From assembly GCF_002105155.1 (NCBI RefSeq), contig NW_019028990.1:682001-746000 (forward strand): 64,000 nucleotides of DNA, in the 5' to 3' direction. The DNA comes from Lobosporangium transversale (Eukaryota). This document shows positions 28,362 to 41,126 of this stretch, piece by piece; the stretch's first letter is position 1; every line of letters starts with the position of its first letter. The translations under genes were made by a program, and so were the position numbers. The notes under the pieces were generated by a model that was not told the DNA's origin, ran no database searches, and worked only from the letters and a program-made list of their open reading frames with translations.

Positions 28362-29876
28362 ACATATTGTATCCCTTCTTGATGGCTCAATCATTTGCAC
28401 AACAGAACTTGCTCCCAGGTGAGTGAAAATTAACATGACCGAACATGTGACCTTTATCTTATACTTAAAATTGACTGTGCTTTATTTTTTTTTCTATAAA
28501 TATAGTGCATACCGTGGACGATTAGTGACCATGAATGTATTGATGATCACAGGAGGACAATTGATTGCATATCTAGTTTCTTCTGCATTGACGGATAAAA
28601 CAAATGGTTGGCGCTGGATGATGGCGATCTCGGGCTTCCCTGCGCTTCTTCAATTAGTCACACTTCCTTTCCTCCCTGAATCTCCACGGTATTTGGTCAA
28701 AAAGGGAAATATTGCTGGAGCAAAGGCAGTATTGAGGCGATGTATGGGACTCAACGATACTAATCATGATGATAATGGGAAAATAACAGCAGCAGCAGCA
28801 GCAGCAGCAACAATGGTAACGCCAACACCAACAGCAATAGCAGAGACTACAGAAACAACAGCAGCAAAGACCAGCAACAGAAACAACATTGAAGACTTTA
28901 TTACTAAAGAAGTCGATGCTATCCGAGAGAGCTTGGAACAAAGTCATAAGACCAGATACCGTGATTTGCTCCGTAAGGATCTGAGACGACCTCTTATCAT
29001 TGCTTGTTTTATGCAGCTATGGCAACAACTCTCTGGTTTCAATACAGCAATGTATTATTCAGCCACTATCCTCAAGATGGCTGGTTTTCCTAATGCTAAG
29101 AGTGCTACGCTTTTCTCATTGTTGATCGCAGGAACCAACATGATTATGACAAGTTAAGTTTTTTTTTTTTTTTTGTATTATTGTATTTTAGCTTCTTTTT
29201 TTTTTTTTTTTTTTTTTTTGTTATAAACTATCACAGTTACATTGTATTGACTTTTTTGTTTTGTTTTGTTTTGTTTTTATTTGGCTTTTTTATACAATGT
29301 TATATCAGTTGTGGCAATTAAGATTATCGATCGTGTAGGGCGTCGGAAGATTCTGTTAGTGACTATAATTGGGATGATTGCAGGATTGATTGTTTTGGGC
29401 GTGGCGTTTATCAAGATTGTGGGCTTCACTGTGAGGCAGGACCAATGTGTTCAATACGGAGACAATTGTGCAGCCTGTCTGACAGATGATCGGTGCTATT
29501 TCCAGGATAGTAGCAACACTTGCCAGGATATGGGATGGGATGGTCACGGTAAACGACCCATTTATACAGGAGTATGCCCTAACCGCTCTGGGGGGATCAA
29601 AGCAGGAAGCTGGGTTGCGTTGGCCAGTTTAGTCTTTTATGTGGCATCGTATGGTCTTGGTCTTGGCAATGCACCCTGGTTGATTCAAAGCGAATTGTTC
29701 CCGCTAGATATCCGTGGAAAAGCAACCGGCATGGCTACAGGTAAAGGATATAAAAAAAAAAAAAAAAAAAAGTGACGCTGGAACACAATGATAACGATGC
29801 CATAATACCAACAGTAATTAATAGCTAATGACGAAGGAGAAAAAAAAAATGCTTACACAATCTCTTTTTATATTTT

Positions 29877-29921
<45 letters not shown>

Positions 29922-30257
29922 CATTTAGCCTGTAACTTCGCAGGAAATCTGGTGATTTCATTAACGTTCCTGACATTAACACAGCGTATAACAGCTACAG
30001 GGACATTCTGGTTGTATGCGGGCATTTTAGTGATAGCCTGGCTGTTTGTATACTTTTTGGTCCCTGAGACAGCAGGACTGAATTTGGAGGCGATCCAAGA
30101 GCTATTTAGGAAAGAAGAGGCTATAAGCGCAGAAGTTGGTGGACCAACTTTGGTGTTATATCCGCATCAACCTCACCATCAGAGGATAGTTGATGGACAA
30201 ATGGATGAATCTTCATTCGAAGAGGAAGGACGGAGGCGGCGTCGTGGGCATGGGTAG
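27116..30257 (+). CDS. MFS sugar porter, myo-inositol/H+ transporter type (ITR/HMIT-like), 730 aa, 7 exons
   Basis: Exons 27116-27671, 27819-27998, 28163-28198, 28406-28418, 28506-29152, 29309-29740, 29929-30257 in frame. Motifs GGFLFGYDTGVIAG, DLIGRK, PLYIGELAPSAYRG, PESPRYL, QQLSGFNTAMYYS, DRVGRRK, PWLIQSELFP, VPETAG. Confidence 0.92.
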
Positions 30258-32159
30258 TGCACCCACGAACTATAAAGGCTATTATTTTTACTACTTAATA
30301 AAGTAAAATCTTTTTATTCCCGATGAAGCCATGTGATTACAGATCGGTGTTGCTGCTTAATAAATGCCCCCTTCTCCTTTGAATAGATCCCGCACTCTTT
30401 CTGTCTTTTTTTTCTTTCTAGCATTAAATAGATCAGAGCAATAAACTTGCATACTGATGATGCCATTTTTTTTTTTAAAAAAAAAAAAGGGTTATTCGTC
30501 TACTTTTGAACTGGCAGGTGTTCACCAAGTGTGATTGATTATGGTGTTTAATAATCTAATGATATAATGATATGGAAAAAGGGAGAAGGGATGGTGAGAA
30601 AAAATAAAATAAAATAAAAATAAAAAATAAAAAGTCGAACGGAGAATTTGCAATAAGGCAGCTGCATAAAAAAGGAAAAACGATCGTTTAGTAAGCAGGG
30701 CAAAAAAAAAAAAAAAAAAAAAAAAAGTATCTGGGATCTGGTACATCTTCAGATCTTGAATGATCATTATGTGTACTTTACGGCTACCCTAATGACCCCA
30801 TTTGGCCTAATTGTCTCTATCGTCCCAATTTATCCCTGATGATCTTAACAAACCTGCTGAAATCTTTTTTTTATTTTTTTATTTATTTATTTATTTTTTT
30901 TTAGTATTGCTCAAAGAGTTGAGCAAGGCAAGAAAAAAAAAAGTATGCACATGGATCGTTTGGTTAGTTGTTAAAGAGAGTTTGCATTGCATTGCATTTC
31001 ACACTTTTCTTCCTCTCCCTTCTCTTTCCTAATCAACATCATCCATGTTCAAAAAAAAAGCTCGGTCACACAAAGTTTCACTGCTCTTGCTCTACCTTGA
31101 CTGTCAATTTGTCCCAAGTGTGAATAGCGCTAATTGATGTCAATAAGGATGAATGTGCATACACAAAACTTTTATTGGTGCACGAGTAAGGTTGCTTGCC
31201 CTTGACTTTGGATGGCTGTTATATATCAATTGCTACTCGACATGTTTGCTGATTGGATTAGCTAATGTCTCATTGTCCACTAGAATACAGAATGATCCGA
31301 AGTTTAAAATAAAGTATTTTGATTGTTCAAAACAATTTTCTCCGCTTGTTAGTTGAATTAGGTCATTCTCTCCCCTTTTATTCCTGCTTTTCTTCCTTCC
31401 TTCTTTTGCTGGAAGAAAAAACTGAAGCAATGGGAAGAAAGAGAGGGCAGGGGGGAAAGTAAGAGTGATCGAGGCGAGGGGAATTGGGAACAGAGACTAT
31501 TATCATAGATTAGATACTTTAATTTTTTGTATAATTTCTTACTTTTTACGAGACTGAGATTGGCGAGGAATGTGTGAAGGTAAAAAGGGTTTTACAAAAA
31601 GTCTTAATTCTGATCCTTCACCTTCTTTCTTTCACATCACATTCATGTTTTTTTATTTTATTATTATTATTATTTTTTTTTTTCCCCACTCGTACGTCCA
31701 TTATCAGTTGAATAAACCTCAACAGCTGCAACATTGTTTTTTTTTTTCTACTTGTGTAAGTAAAGTAACACAGGGCACATAGACACACGCAGATTCCACA
31801 TGTCAAGACATCAGAAAAAAGGAATGGTGTAACACAGCATCTACCCCCCCTTTTTTTACCCTCTTTCAGCGATCCCAATATTACAATTGAATTATGAGTG
31901 TTATAAAATATATGTTACCCTTGACTTCTACCATTACATGGGTCTACCCCAGAAGGAGATCTGGTCTTTCCACTCATGACCCATGTCTAGTGATTTGTCG
32001 CCGGTCTGGAGTAATATTTTTTATGTAGCACGGATTTTGGGAAAAGGTGCAATGGTGCGTGATTAAATTGAAAATTATTTTAAGTAAGCACAAGCAAACA
32101 GGGAAAAGGGCATTTTTGTTTATTTGTTTGAATATTGAACCAGCATAGTGGAATTGACC

Positions 32160-32190
<31 letters not shown>

Positions 32191-32467
32191 AGTCAATTAA
32201 ATGTATCTGCTGCTCTTATCTCCACCTCCCGCCCTCACCATCTACTCATCCTCATTCCTCTCTCTTATCCAGGCTTACGCAGGTGGATTACGTTCGTCCT
32301 TTAGCCGTTTGACCTTTTTTTTTTTTATTTCCTTTTTCTTTATTATTTTATTTTATTTTTTTAACAATTCGACTTGCAACTATTGCAACTATTGCCTTCC
32401 TTTATCGTGTTTATTACTATTGCTGTTACTATTACTACCACTATTATTATTATTATTATTATCATTA

Positions 32468-32503
<36 letters not shown>

Positions 32504-33232
32504 CTCCACGCTTTTACCTCAAGTTGGAGGATGAGAATAACATGGCCTGCTCTTGCCATACTCGATGAAGTATTCATTTTTTTATATGCTATTATTTTTA
32601 TTTTTATTTTTTTTAAAAAAAAAAGAAGCATGTCTCACTTGATCTGAATGAAACGCGTGAAAAATGGCAGACATATATCTGTTTGTTACTATTTCTTTTC
32701 TTTTCTTTTCTTCCTGAATACAACAGATGACTCTTCATTACTGTCGACCTAGTTCCTGTTTGTCCAAAGGGGCTTCCAAAAGAAAGAGATAGAGACAATA
32801 ATGTAAAAAGATAGAGAAGAGAGTAAGAAAGAGTTGGCACGATTGGGAGTAAATAGCAAAGTTTTGGTTTAGCAAGTCTATAATTTGCATAGCATTTGTA
32901 ATTTGAAGATCCCAGACCAGACATCCTGAGGCCAGAGAATGATGATCATTGCTCTGTTTAGTCAAACAAATTCGTCATGAAGTATCAGCTTCGTAACTTT
33001 TTATATATTTATATATACTTATTGAGAGCATACCGACCCATGTCTTTAGTCAATCATTTATATTGCACATCAATACTGCATTACTAACACCTTTTTTTAT
33101 TTTTTATTTAAATACTCACAATTTGGCATTTTATCATTTTTTTCTCTTTATCTTTTCTCATATCCATACCAACTGATAAAAAAAATCAACTTTCTTTTTC
33201 AACAAACCTCCAATTGCACTGTAGATATTTGG

Positions 33233-33263
<31 letters not shown>

Positions 33264-33319
33264 AACAAGAGTCTCGATACTAGACCCTCTTACTCTAATT
33301 ACTATTAGCATTCGCCATC

Positions 33320-35659
33320 ATGGACCAAGACGGAAGGTAAGGAAAAAAAAAGAAAAAAAAAAAAAAAAAAAAAAAAGCTTATTTAGAGGTGAATGGGCTT
33401 AGTACCAACATATGGAGTTTTCTTTTTGCCTGTTCACCTATCTGTTAACCAGCCCACCTTGGAGGGGTATTGTGTTTACTGACAGGCGATAAAGTTTCAA
33501 AGGGAGGAGGAGGGCATTGCAATGGACGCACAATCTAAATGGGTATGTGTGTGTATGTGCATTTGTGGATCAACACGTCGACATGTGTGCATTGAGTGTA
33601 ACACAACAATCATATTTTAGGACCCTTTTTCCCCCCCTCTTTTTAAATTATTCACCCCCTTTTTTTACGACATTGGAAAAGCGCCCATTTGCGAATTCCC
33701 GCGCTTTTTTTTTTATCTTGAATCTGATTGCTAATGAGCCCTCTGACATGCTCTGTGAAACATTAGCCTCACAAAAAACACCCAAAGCGGAAAAAAAAAA
33801 AAAAAACCTATTCAGTTCATTGTAAATAGATGTACTCTCACTTGGCCTTTTTTTTTTTACCATTGGTGTTGCAGATGGTGTTGTTCACTTTGGGCAGATT
33901 GATATAATGCTCTACAACAGCAGCAAAAAAAAAAAATTACAAGGAAATGCACCAAACTTAGTCCCTCTAATGGTCTCTTAACCTACGAATCAGTCAGTTT
34001 GTCCATTGGCCTTTTTTTCTTTTTTCTTTTTTTTTTCCTCTCTTGGACTACGGCACCATGACTCCAAAAATTTGCGAGTTTTGGACTTTTGGTTTTGAGG
34101 CTTAGAGCATTTTTTTACACCATATGGCATCATAATGTGACTCTCTTAACGACACTCAGCCTATCAGAGGCTGATCTTGTTAGACTCAAGCTCATATAGT
34201 TGACTTGAGTCTATACAAAAAAGGAAATCAGTGCTCTTTACGTCTATCACGTTTTTTTTGACACATGACTACCTCCACAATGCAGTTGCTTCGTGGTACC
34301 GTCTCCAATAATAATACAACGCGTAATTTTAATGTCCTTAAAAACCCAACCATCTACTCCCACTTATAAGCAAACAAGCAAAGGCTTCCCCCCCCCTTCT
34401 TGATAAGGACTCTAATATTGGTTGGCAATTCACAATTATAACTGATGAATACTTTAATAATGATAGAACATACGAGTTGACGATGGAGCAGAACCCAATC
34501 CATGCACGCATGTGTGGGTTTGGTGAAAAGGTAAATTTTTCTTGTTTTTTTTAAGCAACGAGATGAGCTGTATATCATATACCAAAAAAAAAAAAAAAAA
34601 AAAAAAAGATCTTAAGGATACATACTCTTATTCATTTAGGATCGACGCCCTATTGATCCGCCACCAATTATTCGACTTACGGTTCGTGAGGCTGATGGTA
34701 GCGAAGTTGACCTAAGGTATAGATACTGTATATTATATTTATTATGTTAGTCTTATTAACATATAAGCCCAAGTGATAGCTGTGAAGAATCTAACAACAC
34801 ATGTATGCATACATGCAAAAAAAAAAAAAAAAAAAAAATAGTATGCCAGGCAATGTCAATATTTCGCGATGGATACTTACGGCCGATATTTACTCTGCAG
34901 ACGGATCCAGTCCCTGTTCACTTGTCACCAACCCTGCGACCACAGCACATTTGAATTCTGCAGCCTGTGTTCAGACCATTGGGGACATCACCATGTCAGT
35001 CCTTAATCTCTCGACGGAGCCACCGGTAGTGACTCGTAATCTGATAGGATCCTTAGGAGCATCGAGTGAACTCTTGAGGGACCTAAACGGCCACTTGGGA
35101 ATATTTTTTGCATTCCCGGATCTAAGTGTTCGAACCGAAGGAGTCTACACGCTCAAGTTTTCGTTTACAATGTTACCAGAGTAAATATATTTATATTCTG
35201 AAAAAATTACGGGATCACTAATGGCTCTGCTTCATTTAAATACTGTCTATGTTGGCTAACAATAATTTTTTGTTTTGTTTTCTCATTCTTTTCCTCTTCC
35301 CCTAAAGGCCTCCAGTAATGACTTCGACAGTCCTTGCAACGATACTTTCTGAACCCTTTGAGATCTACCCAGCCAAAAGGTTCCCAGGGATGAGAAGTAA
35401 GAGGAACCTTTTTTTTTTTTTTTTTTTTTTTTTTTAGTATAATGATAAAAAAGAAAGAAAAAAAAAAAAAAGCTTTTATCTGACATGTGACACCTATTTT
35501 TTTTTTTTACGATGACAATTAGAATCAACTGCCATCTCAAAAAATCTCTTTGATCAAGGTGTACGAATCCCATTACGCAAAGAAAAAAGAGTTAGTCGTA
35601 AGCAACTTATTGAGACTGAAGCTGAGATTAGGGATGACATGGATGAGGATGAAGAATGA
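33320..35659 (+). CDS. Velvet-domain protein, essentially domain only, 240 aa, 6 exons
   Basis: Exons 33320-33336, 34467-34530, 34640-34716, 34842-35180, 35308-35396, 35523-35659 in frame. MDQDGRTYELTMEQNPIHARMCGFGEKDRRPIDPPPIIRL...TRNLIGS...GIFFAFPDLSVRTEGVYTLKF...SEPFEIYPAKRFPGMRKSTAISKNLFDQGVRIPLR. Exon 1 is less certain. Confidence 0.92.
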
Positions 35660-36281
35660 CCTGATATCTTGACCAATTCAAGATGTAGTTACACATGATA
35701 TGCTATTGTTACGTTCATACTTTATGATTATTATTAAATAAATAAATAAATAAATAAACAAATATAAAAAAAATAAAGAGAGAGAGAGAGAGTCCCTTTC
35801 AATGTGCTGCAATACAATTCAAGGTTTGTGTGTGTATCTGAAGGCGAGAGGGAGGGTGAGAGTAAGGATGAGGGCAAATGGCCAAGGAATTACATCATGA
35901 AAAGAGACGTGCTTATACATGATCTGTATGAATGAAGAAAAAATTTACAGTGCATTGAATCTTCAGGGTATGGATCATCATCAACATTGTCATCATCATC
36001 GTCATCATCGTCATCATCATCAAGTCCATATCGAATCATGCCTGAGTAAAACAGAGTAAAGTAGCAAATGTTAAATAAGAAATTGAGTTTCTTTTTAATC
36101 GCTCACATAAGCCAAGGCAAATGGGGTAATGAAATGAATCGCATGGCGCCTTTTTCTTTTTTAGTTTTACAATAATGCAGTTAACATTACAGTTGAACAG
36201 ATTGAAACATGGTCCAACATCGGATCGTATATTTATGATACAAAGTGTTAAATGTATTGTTCCCGTGCTCAATTTACTCAA

Positions 36282-36319
<38 letters not shown>

Positions 36320-36485
36320 GACTACCCGATATATAACGTGTGATCATTTTTTGAATGCTCAGAAGGAGGACGCCATCACCGTCACTCGTCCTAATGGTTT
36401 TTAACGAAAAGTTGATGGGCTTTTGTTGGACGTGTTTGATTCGCATGATCTTAATTCAGGTTGTTCTCTTCGTGTCTCTGCCTTC

Positions 36486-36671
<186 letters not shown>

Positions 36672-37519
36672 CTGTAATTTTTTAATCTATTTTATATTAT
36701 TTTTTATTTTTTATTTTATCTGTTTTCCACGATTCTTTCACAAACTTCTATGCATCCAACTCATCCTTCGATCGCACCCCGATCCGATCATGTATTTTTG
36801 TTTTTTTTGTTTCATTGTTTCACCGTGTCATTATCAAATTTATTAATATCAAAATTAATATAATATTAAGATTAATAATGCGCGCTTTATTCTGTGGCCA
36901 TTTTATTAGACAGACATATATACGTCAGATGACAGCGGGATAGTAAGAACAAGAATAAAAATAAGAATAAGAATAAGAATGAGTAAAAAAGAGTGGCAAA
37001 GTGGCAAAGGGGAGAAAGGGGGAGGGGAAGGAGAAGGGGGAAAGGGAAAGAGTAACATGTAACATGTACACGAAGAAAGCGGACAAGGAATACAACGAGA
37101 ATGGTAAAATGGGAAGGAGGCAAAAAAAACATAAAATTGGGTATTTCTGAATAAAAAAGGTATTTCAATAAATCAGATGCTCACATCCACATCGTCTTTA
37201 TAATCAACCTTTTTTTCACTACTTTTTATTTATGCTTTTTTGATCGTTAATCTTTTCAACTTTTTTTTGTTTCCATTCTTCTCCCCTTCTCTTCTTCTTC
37301 TTTCATTTCATCACTCTCTCATCCCACCATCCTTACCCTTTCCTCATCCTACCTTATCTCATCCTACCCTGCCTCATTTCATCTCACCTCATCATTCCAT
37401 CGTCCATCACATCATTTCACACCCTCAACTGTTTACCCATCACACCTTTGTCCCTTCTTCTTTAATTCTCTCTTCACACTTAGTTTACTAAACTTCACGT
37501 TTCCAATCCATCATAAAAC

Positions 37520-40253
37520 ATGGGAGCCAAACACTCTAAAGAAAACAAAGACCTTGCACGACGCACACATTGTATGCATCGTATTTTTTTTTTCTTGACT
37601 TTTGATGAATAAAAAAAAGAATTTAAAATCGCGCAGAAGTCTAACTATTTCTTGGCTTTTTGAAACTAGTCTCTAAAAGAGAGATCAATGCTCTGCGCCG
37701 AGAATTTGAAAAGACTTCCAATACTTCAAAGTCTAATGTCCTTACCGAGGCACAGTTCAAGGAGGCAAGTTGTTGAACATTTATAAAAAAAAAAAGAGTC
37801 TTTGTTGCTACATTCTCTCTTTCAGTCCATTTTTTTTTCCCCCTGTTCCTCTCGAGTTATCCATACATATTCTTCATGGACAATTATTTATACTCTCAAG
37901 CGCATGAAAAAAAAAAAAAAAAAAAAAAAAAAGATATGGAACAAATGGGATATCGACATGACGAGACAACATGACACACGACAATCACGCTACGCCACGA
38001 CAAAGAACAAATTTTTTTTTAAGGAACACAAAAAAAACATTGTGATGACCTTGATTGTAACAGCTGGAAAAAAAGTACCAACCAATAACAGTAAGCAACA
38101 GGAGTTTGCGATGGAAGCAAGCAGAAGTACCACTTTTGTGGTGTATAGTACATGCACAAGCTTGTGTATTTTGCGTTATCTGTGTCATGGGCACAAAGAG
38201 AGAAAAAAAAAAAAAAAAAAAACACGAGGACAACTAAGGGCAATGTTTTAATTTCAAAAAAAAGGGCTCTCTGAAGATGGGATGGATGACACATCCTTTT
38301 ACCCCTACCCAAATCCGAAACCCGAACCCGAACTTCTCTTAAACGTTAGTTGGCTTAATTTTAATTGCTCGGATTTCTGATTGGCGTGTGGTCCTCTTTG
38401 CACCACGTTTAGTATTATCATTTCATTTATCATTTATCATTTCATTTAATGAAGCCTTTTTACAGCTAAGATTGATGGATGCTCCCAACGGGAACTTTCA
38501 ATTGCAGTGTCTAATTGCTCTCCTTGTTGTCAAAGAACCAATATTCACTCAAATTACATTGTTGAATATGAGTCTAACTCAACAAAAAAAAAAAAAAAGA
38601 ATCAAATCCTAGCTCCGTCCCTTTATTCTCCTTGTTATACTCTTCTCTATTATTATTATTGTTGCTGGCGTGCACTGCAATACACACCTTCAGAAAAAAA
38701 AAAAAAAAAAAAAAAAGACTGCTTTTCTAACCCTTCATCTACCTTTATTTTATTATATTTATTTATTTTCCCCTCCTTATATACATTAGATTTTCCGCCG
38801 TATTTTAAACTCTTCACCCTTAGATGATGTGTTCTTGACACGTCTGTATTCAGCTTTTGACACCAATCCCAACTCCAAGGGCGTCAACTTTAAAGACTTC
38901 ATTGAGGGTCTAAGTGTCTTCATGAAAGGGACTTCAGATGAGAAGCTCGAACGTAAGCTGTTTATTTGTTTTTTTCTCTTCCTTTTTTCTCTTTCACCAT
39001 CAGCAAGTGGAAAATATTTTTTGTGGTTTTGTGTTTTTGTGTTTTGTTTGGGTGGTCGGCACTCAAAAAAAATGCGACAGGACACAAGAGGTCAATGCTT
39101 AATTAATTCCATCTTTCTTTTTCTTTATCGACCTCCTAGTGTCATTCAAGTTGTACGATATTGATCATGTTGGATACATTACTCGCCCAGGCTTGGAGAA
39201 AGCCATGACCCAATTGGTAAGAGTTGTAGTCGCACAATATTTATCTCCGTCTTTTTTTATTTTTTTTATTTTTTTATAAGTGTTAACATTTCTGTACTCT
39301 GCACCCACATATTCCTTCATTTTTAGCACTCTGTTGTGGCTGGTTCATCGCAGGACGAAACCCACCAGATTCAAGAGCTGGTGAAGCGAATTTTCGATGA
39401 CCTGGATGTCAATAACGATGGCAAATTGTCTCTTGAAGAATACAAACTGAACTCCATGAAGGAGCCGCTGATCATCGACTTTTTGAGCCAGTTCTTAGCT
39501 GATCAGACTGACTCCAGTTCCAATTCAATCAGTTCAGCTCTGTCTGTCCCACCTTCACCTCGCTCCGGATCTTCGCCACCTTCGCCTCGCTTCAATCATT
39601 TCGCACCACCCTCACCCAGACTCCGGGACTCGCTTTATGGCACTGCAGGGCATGTTTTCCAAACGTCTTCGCCCTCAGGAAGTTTCAGACTGAGTAACTC
39701 TCATAGTCTTCTCTGGCTCAATGGTGGCGTGAATGGTAGTGGGGACCTTTTGGGAAAAGTAAATGAATTCGAAGGACTTGTCGCAGCAGAAGAGGAACAA
39801 AAGGCTCAGGAAAAGAAAGCAGTAGCATTGGCCGCAGGTAATGCTTCTGTTAAAGAAGATAGTGTCGCACAAGCCAGCAAAGAAAGCAACGAGTATAAGG
39901 ACGATAAGAAAAAAGATACAGAGGCAGAAGTCAGTTCGCCCGTCAACATTGTGGTTGTGCCATCAGAAGAGGCGGAAGTACCAACAAAAGAACAAGGAGC
40001 AGCAGCAGCAGCAGTATCATCATCATCAACACCAGCAGCAGTATCTGCATCTTCAAATGATGTAGTGTCACCAACAACAGTGGAAGAATCCATCCATGTG
40101 AATGGAGATTTGCATACTACAACAAATGGTGTTCATGCCACTACTGAAGAATCATCCAAGGATAGCCTGGATGAACCTAAAGTCAATGGTGACAACGCCC
40201 ACATCCAATCTCAGGCCTCACTGGACGAAACAACCACCAAAGTGACCGTCTAA
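37520..40253 (+). CDS. N-myristoylated EF-hand calcium sensor (NCS/recoverin or calcineurin-B-like) with a long disordered C-terminal tail, 437 aa, 5 exons
   Basis: Exons 37520-37571, 37670-37764 (GC donor), 38790-38952, 39140-39216, 39327-40253 in frame. MGAKHS myristoylation consensus; RTHFSKREI; LYSAFD...VNFKDFIEGLSVFMKGTSDEKLELSFKLYDID...; DLDVNNDGKLSLEEY. Confidence 0.88.
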
Positions 40254-40506
40254 GAGAGCTAAAAAAAAAAAAAAAAAAAAAAAAGACACAAAAGGAGATG
40301 TAGGAGGAAAAAAATGCTTCTAGTCTTTTTCAACGCGATGTTTATATACCATCCCTTTTTTTATTCTTGTCTTAATCTTTATAATAAAAAAAAAGTTAAT
40401 GTGACGGTTGGACATGAATATTTTTAGCTTTTTTTTTTTTTTTTTTTTTTCCTTCATCTTAATCACATCATCTCTTTCACCATTACTAAAAAAAAATAAT
40501 AGAACC

Positions 40507-40725
40507 ATGGGCAACTACATTTCATTTACACGGGACGATGTCATCTATTCTGCCCTCATCATTGGTGTCTGGCTTATGATCCGTCCTTACTTTGTACGTC
40601 TCAGTGAACAAGCTCAGGCCAGAAGTCAGGCTAATCTCGAGGCAGAGGCTCAAGCTAATGACATTCAGATGAAATCCATGGAAAAGAGCAGCAGTAGCAG
40701 TCGTGGAAGGAAAAAGAAGGATTAG
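40507..40725 (+). CDS. Small single-pass membrane protein, Pga2-like, 72 aa
   Basis: ACCATGG start context; TM segment ALIIGVWLMIRPYFVRL resembles the Pga2/DUF1531 motif (recalled); basic C-terminus. Confidence 0.6.
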   Translation: MGNYISFTRDDVIYSALIIGVWLMIRPYFVRLSEQAQARSQANLEAEAQANDIQMKSMEKSSSSSRGRKKKD

Positions 40726-40936
40726 GATATCTTTTATGGCTATAGAGAATTTCTTTTTTTTTTTTTTCCCTCCCTCCTTTTCCGCAGCCCTCATTCTACT
40801 CCATCTGATCAACCAGCCTTGGTTCCAACCCAACACCAATCTTGAAATCAGCCAGCGATGCAATCTCCATCGGAAAATTAAAATCTGTACGAATCTTACG
40901 CCTCTTCTATAATAATAAAACTCTTCGGACAACCTG

Positions 40937-40967
<31 letters not shown>

Positions 40968-41126
40968 ATTTAATCCGCTCAAAAAAAAAAAAAAAAAAAA
41001 AAAAAGAAAAATCTTCTTGGAACCTGGATATTGAAAAGATGATCTCTCAAAGTTAAAAATATATATATATATATATATCATTCCTTTGATTTAATTTAAC
41101 TTTCTACACTACGAGATTAGGCTAGA

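Noticed and set aside
31936..31986. 9-bp inverted repeat ACATGGGTC/GACCCATGT with a small inner hairpin
   Set aside because: A single short stem is expected by chance in 64 kb; no supporting motif.
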